This document shows positions 1 through 7,353 of a stretch of 33,058 nt of DNA, in pieces (the stretch's first letter is position 1; each line of letters starts with the position of its first letter). Under the pieces are notes generated by a model. It was not told where the DNA came from, searched no databases, and saw only the letters and a program-made list of their open reading frames with translations. The stretch covers positions 1 to 33,058 of the forward strand of contig URFB01000001.1 of assembly GCA_900547045.1 (NCBI GenBank). Reading direction: 5' to 3'. The position numbers were made by a program, and so were the translations under genes. Source of the stretch: an uncultured Mollicutes bacterium. GTDB taxonomy: Bacteria; Bacillota_I; Bacilli_A; Acholeplasmatales; Anaeroplasmataceae.

Positions 1-249
1 TCTTTTCGGCAGTTTATCATGATTAATGAAAGGTAATGAACTACTTAGAATTAAGTTTGAATTGTTTGAATGGATTATGCCATAATGCAAATTAAGATAA
101 TCACCAGAATTATAGTTTAATTCGTCCCAGCTTAATGAATTTGTACTAAAATAAGTAAAATGATTATAAAAATTTACTTCTATCCAATCTTCTTCAAATC
201 CTTTGAACCTTAATTTTGGTACCTTATTGTTTTTATTTGAGGATTAAGT
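1..249 (-). pseudogene. hsdS: Type I restriction-modification specificity subunit (HsdS) fragment: conserved N-terminal motif plus the beginning of a target-recognition domain. It has no canonical start codon and continues past the left edge.
   Basis: My own translation of the minus-strand frame ending at nt 1 gives LNPQIKNNKVPKLRFKGFEEDWIEVNFYNHFTYFSTNSLSWDELNYNSGDYLNLHYGIIHSNNSNLILSSSLPFINHDKLPKR. PKLRFKGF..W and HYG.IH are hallmark HsdS motifs. There is an in-frame stop at 250-252 and no ATG/GTG/TTG before the motif. The frame overlaps the integrase 3' end by 17 nt. Confidence 0.6.
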
Positions 250-1144
250 TATCTAAGGTTTTAACAGCTTTTCTCTTAGTATTAAATTCACTATGTACAT
301 ATATGGAAATGGTTATATTTACTGATGCATGTCCTAATAGTTCCGATACAGTTTTAATATCAACTTTGTTTTCAATAAGCCTTGTAGCAAAAGTATGTCT
401 TAATGCATGAAAAGATGTTTTATTTATTTTTAATTTTTTCAAAAGTGTTAAATAAATTTTTCTGTAATTTCTTGGTTCGGTAGGAACAGAAGTAGAAGTT
501 AAGAAATAAATATCTCGCTTTGCTGGTTTTAATTTAATTAGAAAATCATATAGCGTATTTGATATAGGTATTTCTCTAAGACTATTGCTTGTTTTAGGTG
601 TAGTTATTGTTATTTTGGATTTTTTCCCTTTTTCACATATTCTTTGTAGAGTTTTATTAACAACGATAATTCGCTTTTTTAGGTCGATATCAGACCATTT
701 AAGAGCACATAACTCACCAATACGTAAACCTGTCATTAACGAAAGGATAATCCCACAATACTTTTGATTATCGTTACTAAGAATATAATTCATAATGGAT
801 TTTTGATCAGTTCTACTTAAAATTGCCACTTTCTTTTTCTTACTAGTGGCAGGTAAATCTAAATCAATAAACAAAGGCTGGTAACTATTTATTTTTGCAT
901 CACGTTTTAATGAAAGCTTAATAAGCAAAACCATTTCATGAATAACTGTTGTGGAAACTTTATTTTGTAGTAAAGAATCGCAATATTCTTGAATAATTTT
1001 ATTTGTTAAATCAGATATGGGGATTTTTCCTTTATCTTCATCTAAATGATTTTGAATAAGATTTGAATATCTTACGTATGTTGACTCCTTAAGGTAAGCC
1101 TTTTTTGCTTGAACATACGAAATCAAGCATTCTTTTAATGTCAT
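233..1144 (-). CDS. int: Tyrosine recombinase / phage integrase (303 aa)
   Basis: Catalytic signature is intact: LMTGLRIGEL (Arg), HALRHTFATRL (His-x-x-Arg), LGHASVNITISIYVH (His...Tyr). N-terminal SAM-like core-binding domain. AAGGAGG precedes the ATG. Confidence 0.9.
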   Translation of the reverse strand: MTLKECLISYVQAKKAYLKESTYVRYSNLIQNHLDEDKGKIPISDLTNKIIQEYCDSLLQNKVSTTVIHEMVLLIKLSLKRDAKINSYQPLFIDLDLPATSKKKKVAILSRTDQKSIMNYILSNDNQKYCGIILSLMTGLRIGELCALKWSDIDLKKRIIVVNKTLQRICEKGKKSKITITTPKTSNSLREIPISNTLYDFLIKLKPAKRDIYFLTSTSVPTEPRNYRKIYLTLLKKLKINKTSFHALRHTFATRLIENKVDIKTVSELLGHASVNITISIYVHSEFNTKRKAVKTLDNLILK

Positions 1145-1217
1145 AAGTTTTTTCCTCCTTAGGCTTTGAAGCAGGAAAAAGAAGAACTGACTTCGAAGCC
1201 TTATGTCAGAAGAAAAA

Positions 1218-1260
1218 CAAAATAAGAAAAAACGACTTAACTCAATCGAGATAGGTCGTT
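1218..1260 (-). terminator. Candidate intrinsic terminator after the repressor gene
   Basis: On the minus strand, AACGAC (1260-1255) pairs with GTCGTT (1236-1231) around an 18-nt loop, followed by TTTTTCTTATTTT. The long loop lowers confidence. Confidence 0.45.
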
Positions 1261-1270
1261 ATTTTAAATT

Positions 1271-1780
1271 TTAGAAAGGTAAATCTCCATCTGTGGAACT
1301 TGCAAATTTTTCTTCAATTAGAGCTCTTGTATAAGTTTTAATTAGATCTAATAAGACTTCGTCCAATTTACTATACTTTGAATTAATAAATCTTAAAATA
1401 TCTTCTGCAAATTGATGAATCGAATTATATTGACTACTAAACCACCATTGGCCACTTTGTTCATCGTAATTTAAAACTTTAGCTTTAATTAAAACCGCAA
1501 TTGCATATAGAATGTCATTTTCATTTGTTGGTATATTTTCTATATTGTTTGCTTTTGAAAAATCACCATTAAAAAAACTATTAAGGTCAATTTCTAATAC
1601 ACTGCAAATAGAAATTAAAACATCCATTTTAGGTACTCTTTCACCACTTACATAATGTGAAATTGCTGTTTTATCACATCCAACTTTTTTTGCAAGCTCA
1701 GTTTGAGACATATTTTTACTATCTAATGCTATCTTTATAACTTTACCAATATTTTCTTTTGCTTGGTCTAAATTTATCAT
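1271..1780 (-). CDS. XRE-family HTH repressor (cI-like, no S24 peptidase domain)
   Basis: N-terminal HTH MSQTELAKKVGCDKTAISHYVSGERVPKMDVLISICSVLEIDLNSFF. Same strand as int and divergent from the early genes. Confidence 0.85.
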   Translation of the reverse strand: MINLDQAKENIGKVIKIALDSKNMSQTELAKKVGCDKTAISHYVSGERVPKMDVLISICSVLEIDLNSFFNGDFSKANNIENIPTNENDILYAIAVLIKAKVLNYDEQSGQWWFSSQYNSIHQFAEDILRFINSKYSKLDEVLLDLIKTYTRALIEEKFASSTDGDLPF

Positions 1781-1811
1781 AAAACGTCCTCCGTCAACTA
1801 TTGTTGTTATT

Positions 1812-1880
1812 TTGTAAACTTTATATTTATATTGTAAACTGTTGCCATAATTGTGTCAATATCTATTGTTTATCTTTACA
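1812..1880. promoter_or_regulatory. Candidate operator set in the divergent switch region
   Basis: Exact 9-mers TTGTAAACT at 1812-1820 and 1832-1840 (20-bp spacing), plus the inverted half-site TTTACA at 1875-1880. Confidence 0.4.
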
Positions 1881-2234
1881 TTTTTTTATTGTATAAGGCA
1901 ATAAATATTAAATTTCTTCATTATTCAAGACATATACACATTAAGGTAAAATTAAAGTAGGAAAAAAAGAGTGTAAGTTATTAGCGTTTAATATCTTATA
2001 TGAATAAAACCATAGTAATTTTATTTATCTTTTTTCTTGTCACTTATATTCTTGACTTTTGAATTCTTGCTATTGCAGCTGATCACTGCAGGCCCACATA
2101 ACAAGTAATCATAAAAATGAATAGCTAAATGCAGAAAGCTGTGGGAGTGGACTGCACATAAACGAAATGGAGTGTTTTTGACACCATTCTTTTAGTGCGT
2201 CCTAAATCCATGTTGGCCATAAGCAGGTAATTAA

Positions 2235-2267
2235 CCTCCGTTTCGTAAAGAAATTTACATTCGGAGG
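2235..2267 (+). promoter_or_regulatory. Hairpin that would sequester the Shine-Dalgarno of the first early gene
   Basis: CCTCCG (2235-2240) is the exact reverse complement of CGGAGG (2262-2267), which is the SD 9 nt upstream of the TTG start at 2277. Confidence 0.4.
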
Positions 2268-2276
2268 ATTTTTATT

Positions 2277-2891
2277 TTGAAAACACGTAAAACATCAAGT
2301 AACCAAAGGCAAACTTACACTTATCATTTTGATAACGGAGACAAGGTAATCATTGAGCCAGGTAAGTCAACAACAATTTATGCATCAGGAGGTAGTGCGG
2401 TAGTAATCGATGAAACTATCACTGATGTAACAATCAAAAAGCTTCATTTATGTGACGATGCAGAAGTAAGGTCAAACCTTAAATACATCAATTGTGAAGA
2501 TGAAAAAAACAGAAAGAAACGAATTGGAAACAAAAAGCAATGGGCTAAGGACCATCCTGAACAACCACAGGAGTTAAATCCATACAATCATCCAGAAAGA
2601 ATTTTAAGTTTGGATTTCTTTGGCTCAAATGGTGATGAAGATTCGGATAAATCACGCTTGCAATATCAAATAGCCAAAGAAGCTGATAGCGATAATTGGT
2701 TAGAAGAAAAAATAGTAGAAGTTAGGGATTTTGTAGCTACATTACCTGAAACAATGCAACAAACATATGACCTTATATTTGTTAAAGGATATAAACAATG
2801 TGAAATGTGTAAGATGCTTGGCTTAACAAAAGGTACTGTATCGGAGCGAGTAAAAACTTTAGAGAAAAAGATCAAAGAAAAATTTTGCTAA
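2277..2891 (+). CDS. Early protein with a C-terminal sigma-70 region-4-like HTH (TTG start)
   Basis: C-terminus QQTYDLIFVKGYKQCEMCKMLGLTKGTVSERVKTLEKKIKEKF resembles sigma region 4 / LuxR-type HTH. The N-terminal two-thirds have no recognisable family. Confidence 0.6.
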   Translation: MKTRKTSSNQRQTYTYHFDNGDKVIIEPGKSTTIYASGGSAVVIDETITDVTIKKLHLCDDAEVRSNLKYINCEDEKNRKKRIGNKKQWAKDHPEQPQELNPYNHPERILSLDFFGSNGDEDSDKSRLQYQIAKEADSDNWLEEKIVEVRDFVATLPETMQQTYDLIFVKGYKQCEMCKMLGLTKGTVSERVKTLEKKIKEKFC

Positions 2892-2971
2892 CCCTAACTT
2901 TTTATTGGTTGTTCGGCCTTAGACCCAGAAGGATAAAGTACATAAGCCTTCTAGAAAGTTTGAGGCAATTT

Positions 2972-3193
2972 ATGAGAACAAAAAATCATAACATCCGCAT
3001 TAATGTAGCGGAACAATCTGGTGGAAACACTAATGTGCTTGAGAGCGTGACTGAGTCTATTCCTAAAAAGCTATTTAACAAATTATTTAATAGTAAAAGA
3101 AAAGTCTTGATCATTGCTCCTAGCGATTCTGTAACAGGAATTGAAATTTTTGAAAAGGGAGGTAATCAAAATGCCAGCACCAACAGGTCATAG
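2972..3193 (+). CDS. Hypothetical small protein (73 aa, from the internal ATG of the 2885..3193 ORF)
   Basis: GAGG lies 6 nt upstream of the ATG at 2972. No family recognised. It overlaps the next gene start by 23 nt. Confidence 0.3.
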   Translation: MRTKNHNIRINVAEQSGGNTNVLESVTESIPKKLFNKLFNSKRKVLIIAPSDSVTGIEIFEKGGNQNASTNRS

Positions 3194-4319
3194 CAAATAC
3201 TCACCTAGTAAAAGTAAAACTTGGCTTCAATGCTACTTATCTCTCAAATTCAATGAAGTAGGAACTGATGAACCAAATGAAAGAGCTATTTATGGAACTG
3301 AATGCCATAACATAGGAGCGGCTCTTATATGTAAGTCCTTAAAATTAACTGATTATGAAGATACCAGAACAATTGATGACATTATTAAAGAATCAACCAT
3401 GTTTGATGATGAAATGATGTCTATTGCTAATGGTTATGCTGATTATGTCGTTAACATTTATGAATTTGAAAAGAAAAGAATCGGACGTGATCCATTTGTA
3501 GTTGTAGAACAACACCTAGATATGGATTTTGATTCTGATGCTGGTGGAACTTTGGATTGTGGAATCGTTGCAGGTGATACCTTAACCGTAGTTGATTTAA
3601 AAACTGGAAGAGGGCCTGTTTATGCTTACGATTTCCAAATGAATTTATTTAATCCACAGCTTGGGTTGTATGCTTTATATTTTTACAAAACGTTCAAGGA
3701 TATTTATCCTGAGGTTAATAAGATAAGGCTTTGTATTTATCAGCCAGTTATTAATAACACTAATGAATTCGAGATGTCTCTTGAAGAATTATTAAATTTT
3801 GAAAAAGACATTTTAATTCCAGCAGTAGCTAAAACAAAAGAACCTAATCCTGAAGCTCATCCAGGAGATTATTGTAAATATTGTGCTGGTGCAGCCTTAT
3901 GCAATAAAAGGTCAGAATTATTAAATCAAATAGATACTTCAAAAGAAAAATTAACTGATGAAGAAATAGAAAAGCTACTACCTAATTTGGATTTGATTAT
4001 TCAATATTGTACTGATTTAAAGGATTTTGCACTTAAAAAAGCTCTTAATGGTCATAAATGGTCAGGTTTAAAACTTGTTAGAGGTAAAGGCTCAAGAAAG
4101 ATAATTAATGAAGCTGCAGTTATTAAGGTTTGTGAAGAAGTTGGTGTTGATCCTTATGCTAATAAAAAGTTGGCAGGAATTACCGAGTTAAATAAAAGAC
4201 TTGGTAAGGAAAAGAATAAGATTACATCTTATTTAGAAATGCAAGAAGGAGCTATTTCATTAGTTCCTGATAATGATCCAAGAGAAGAAATTAATGTAAC
4301 TAAGGAGGAAGAAAAATAA
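3171..4319 (+). CDS. PD-(D/E)XK Cas4-like nuclease (DUF2800-type)
   Basis: VVDLKTG (D-x-K core). Four-cysteine set LQC ... CKYCAGAALC (C-x2-C-x5-C), as in Cas4/AddB Fe-S nucleases. Start moved to the ATG at 3171, behind GGAGG. Confidence 0.75.
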   Translation: MPAPTGHSKYSPSKSKTWLQCYLSLKFNEVGTDEPNERAIYGTECHNIGAALICKSLKLTDYEDTRTIDDIIKESTMFDDEMMSIANGYADYVVNIYEFEKKRIGRDPFVVVEQHLDMDFDSDAGGTLDCGIVAGDTLTVVDLKTGRGPVYAYDFQMNLFNPQLGLYALYFYKTFKDIYPEVNKIRLCIYQPVINNTNEFEMSLEELLNFEKDILIPAVAKTKEPNPEAHPGDYCKYCAGAALCNKRSELLNQIDTSKEKLTDEEIEKLLPNLDLIIQYCTDLKDFALKKALNGHKWSGLKLVRGKGSRKIINEAAVIKVCEEVGVDPYANKKLAGITELNKRLGKEKNKITSYLEMQEGAISLVPDNDPREEINVTKEEEK

Positions 4320-5281
4320 TGTTGAATATTGTTACAGGTGTTGAAAAGACACCATTAAAAATTTGTATTTATGGTGCTGAGGGAGTTGGTAAATCTTCCT
4401 TAGCATCAAAGATGCCAAATCCACTATTTTTAGATACTGAAGGTGGAACAACAAGGCTTAATGTTCGTCGTATCAAAATAAAAAATTGGGACGAATTACT
4501 AAACACAGTTAAGGAAGTTATAGCTCAACCTGAGGTTTGTAAAACTTTAGTTATTGATACAGCAGACTGGGCAGAAAGTATGTGTATTGATTTCATTTGT
4601 AATAAATATAGAAAGGCCAATATTGAAGATTTTGGTTTTGGTAAAGGTTACACATATGTTGGTGAGGAATATGGTAATTTTCTAATTTTACTAAATAGTT
4701 TAATTGATGTTGGAATTAATCCAGTAATCATTGCTCATGGAAAACCTCGTAAATATGAATTACCAGAAGAACAAGGACAATTCGATAGATGGGAAATGAA
4801 ACTATCTAAACAAGTAGCACCTTTAATAAAAGAATGGTGCGATATGCTCTTATTCTGTAACTATAAAACTTTCGTAATAACAACTGAAAATAATTCTAAA
4901 AAAGCAAGTGGTGGTAAACGAGTAATGTACACAACTCATAATCCTTGTTGGGACGCTAAAAACCGCTTTAATTTGCCTGAAGAGTTAGATTTGGATTATT
5001 CTTCGATTTCACATTTATTCGACGACGTTGGGCCAACAAATCCTGTTGTTGAAGCGGTAAAAGAAGAACCAAAAGAAAGATTACTAGTAAGTAAAATCAA
5101 TGGAATGATTACTGAAGCAAAAGTAAGTGTTGAGGATGTTGTTAAAGTGGTTGCTTCAAGAGGTCATTATCCAGAAGTTAAATCAATTGATGAATATCCT
5201 GATGATTTCTTATCTCGTTGGGTTGTTCCTAATTTTAAGAAAATTGTAGAAATGATTAATGCAAATAAGGAGGCCAAATAA
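4319..5281 (+). CDS. AAA_24 / Sak4-like RecA-fold ATPase
   Basis: Walker A in KICIYGAEGVGKSSLA followed by LFLDTEGG; hhhD motif LVIDTADW. Typical partner of a DUF669 gene. Confidence 0.75.
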   Translation: MLNIVTGVEKTPLKICIYGAEGVGKSSLASKMPNPLFLDTEGGTTRLNVRRIKIKNWDELLNTVKEVIAQPEVCKTLVIDTADWAESMCIDFICNKYRKANIEDFGFGKGYTYVGEEYGNFLILLNSLIDVGINPVIIAHGKPRKYELPEEQGQFDRWEMKLSKQVAPLIKEWCDMLLFCNYKTFVITTENNSKKASGGKRVMYTTHNPCWDAKNRFNLPEELDLDYSSISHLFDDVGPTNPVVEAVKEEPKERLLVSKINGMITEAKVSVEDVVKVVASRGHYPEVKSIDEYPDDFLSRWVVPNFKKIVEMINANKEAK

Positions 5282-5283
5282 TT

Positions 5284-5748
5284 ATGCCAGTAGATCAAAA
5301 TTTAATGGACTGGAATGATTCAATCGAATCTGATGGTCAAGAATTTATATTACTTGAAGAAGGTGACTACAACTATGTAGTTACTAACTTTGAAAGAGGT
5401 CGCTTTCCAGGAGGTCAAAAGATACCTGCCTGTAATAAAGCTACTATAACCGTTCAAGTAGATACTGCAGATGGTGTAGCAAGTATCAAATTTGATTTAT
5501 TACTTTATCGTTCAGTTGAATGGAAGATATCAGCATTTTTTAGATCTATCGGTCAAAAGAAGCATGGCGAAAAACTTGTTATGAATTGGAATAAGGTTAT
5601 TGGCTCTGTTGGTCGTGCTCACTTCAAACAAAGAAAATATACCAATCAAGCTGGTGAAGAAAAGGTAATAAATGATTTAGATAAGTTCATCGATTATGAT
5701 CCTAAGTATTTCTCTGTTGATATTGATGACAAGGATCTCCCATTTTAA
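5284..5748 (+). CDS. DUF669-like phage protein (possible ssDNA-binding accessory)
   Basis: Size, position directly after the AAA_24 gene, and the pattern EGDYNYVVTNFERG...ATITVQV. Weak motif-level call. Confidence 0.5.
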   Translation: MPVDQNLMDWNDSIESDGQEFILLEEGDYNYVVTNFERGRFPGGQKIPACNKATITVQVDTADGVASIKFDLLLYRSVEWKISAFFRSIGQKKHGEKLVMNWNKVIGSVGRAHFKQRKYTNQAGEEKVINDLDKFIDYDPKYFSVDIDDKDLPF

Positions 5749-5762
5749 AGAGGTGATGCCTG

Positions 5763-7343
5763 ATGTTAAGACCATATCAACAAGAAGCAGTTAAGGCTAT
5801 TCATAAGGAATGGGACGATGGAAGAAAGAATGTTTTATTGGTTCTTCCAACAGGTACAGGAAAGACTGTGTGTTTTTCTCAAGTAATAAAAGATCAAATT
5901 AGTGATGGTTCAAGAGCTTTAATTATTGCTCATCGTGGTGAATTGTTAGAACAGGCAGCGGATAAGTTGAAAAGAAATAATTGCGTTGACTCGGCTTTAG
6001 AAAAGGCTGAGTCTTCATCACTAAATTCAATATTCCCTGTAACAGTTGCCTCAGTTCAATCTCTTTCACAAGTCAGTAGATTAAACAAGTTTCCTAAAGA
6101 TTATTTTAAAACAATTGTCATTGATGAAGCCCATCATGCAATGTCAGATTCTTATCAAAGAGTTTTACAACATTTTGATAGTGCTAAAGTACTAGGAGTA
6201 ACAGCGACGCCTGATAGAGCTGATCAAAGAAATTTAGGTCAGTTCTTTGAGTGTAAGGCTTATGAATACACAATGAGACAAGCAATAAAGGATGGGTATC
6301 TTAGTCCTATAAAAGCTCAGATGATTCCACTTGAATTAAATATTTCTAATGTTGGCTTATCAAATGGTGATTATGCAGTGGGTGAAATTGGTGATGCACT
6401 TGAACCTTATTTAAATCAAATCGTTTTAGAAATGCTTAATTATTGTAAGGGTAGAAAGACAGTTGTTTTCTTACCTTTAGTTAAAACTTCACAAAAATTC
6501 TGTGAATTACTTAATTTGCATGGCTTAAGAGCAGCTGAAGTAAATGGGAAGAGTAATGACAGGAAAGAAGTATTAGAAGACTTTGAAAAAGGTGAATATG
6601 ACGTTTTATGTAATTCAATGCTTTTAACAGAAGGTTGGGATTGTCCAGCGGTTGATTGCGTTATTGTTTTAAGGCCTACTCGTGTTCGTTCCTTATATCA
6701 ACAAATGGTAGGACGAGGTATGAGGCTTAGTCCAGAAACAGGTAAAAAAGAATTATTACTTTTAGATTTTCTATGGATGACTGAACGCCATGACCTTTGT
6801 AAGCCTTCTGCTTTAATTGCAAAAGATGAAGAAGTGGCGGCTAGAATCGATAAGAAAATGCAAGATAAAGAATCTGGTATTGATTTAATCGAAGCTGAAA
6901 CTGAGTCCGAATCAGAAATTGTAAAAGAAAGAGAAGAGGCACTTGCTCGTGAACTTGAATCAATGCGTAAAAAGAAACAAAAGCTAGTGGACCCTATTCA
7001 ATATGCTTTTTCAATTGCTGCTGACGATTTAGCGGATTATGAACCTACATTTACTTGGGAAATGGCTCCTGCTTCTGATAAACAATTAGAATATTTAGAA
7101 AAGCATGGTATTTATCCTGAAAGCGTAACTTGTGCTGGAATGGCTAGTTTATTAATTGAAAAACTTAAAAATAGACAAATTGAAGGATTAGCTACGCCAA
7201 AACAAATAAGATTTTTAGAAAGATATGGATTCCTTCATGTTGGACTATGGACCTTTGAAGCTGCAAGTAAGATGATTACTAGAATTTCAAATAATAACTG
7301 GTATTTACCAAGAGGAATAGATCCTAAATCTTATCAACCATAG
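5763..7343 (+). CDS. SF2 DEAD/DEAH-box helicase
   Basis: PTGTGKT (motif I), VIDEAHH (motif II), GVTATP (III), QQMVGRGMR (VI). Confidence 0.9.
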   Translation: MLRPYQQEAVKAIHKEWDDGRKNVLLVLPTGTGKTVCFSQVIKDQISDGSRALIIAHRGELLEQAADKLKRNNCVDSALEKAESSSLNSIFPVTVASVQSLSQVSRLNKFPKDYFKTIVIDEAHHAMSDSYQRVLQHFDSAKVLGVTATPDRADQRNLGQFFECKAYEYTMRQAIKDGYLSPIKAQMIPLELNISNVGLSNGDYAVGEIGDALEPYLNQIVLEMLNYCKGRKTVVFLPLVKTSQKFCELLNLHGLRAAEVNGKSNDRKEVLEDFEKGEYDVLCNSMLLTEGWDCPAVDCVIVLRPTRVRSLYQQMVGRGMRLSPETGKKELLLLDFLWMTERHDLCKPSALIAKDEEVAARIDKKMQDKESGIDLIEAETESESEIVKEREEALARELESMRKKKQKLVDPIQYAFSIAADDLADYEPTFTWEMAPASDKQLEYLEKHGIYPESVTCAGMASLLIEKLKNRQIEGLATPKQIRFLERYGFLHVGLWTFEAASKMITRISNNNWYLPRGIDPKSYQP

Positions 7344-7353
7344 GAGGATTTTC

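Noticed and set aside
216-767. Plus-strand ORFs 216..410 and 585..767
   Set aside because: Both are antisense to the well-supported integrase gene. They have no SD and no recognisable domains.
2000-2062. 20-aa hydrophobic mini-ORF MNKTIVILFIFFLVTYILDF in the switch region (possible type I toxin-like peptide)
   Set aside because: No Shine-Dalgarno upstream. AT-rich DNA readily yields such ORFs, and there is no supporting antisense RNA structure.
2885-2971. Upstream part of the 102-aa ORF 2885..3193
   Set aside because: It starts inside the stop region of the previous gene, gives hydrophobic low-complexity sequence and has no SD. Only the 2972 start is retained, at low confidence.
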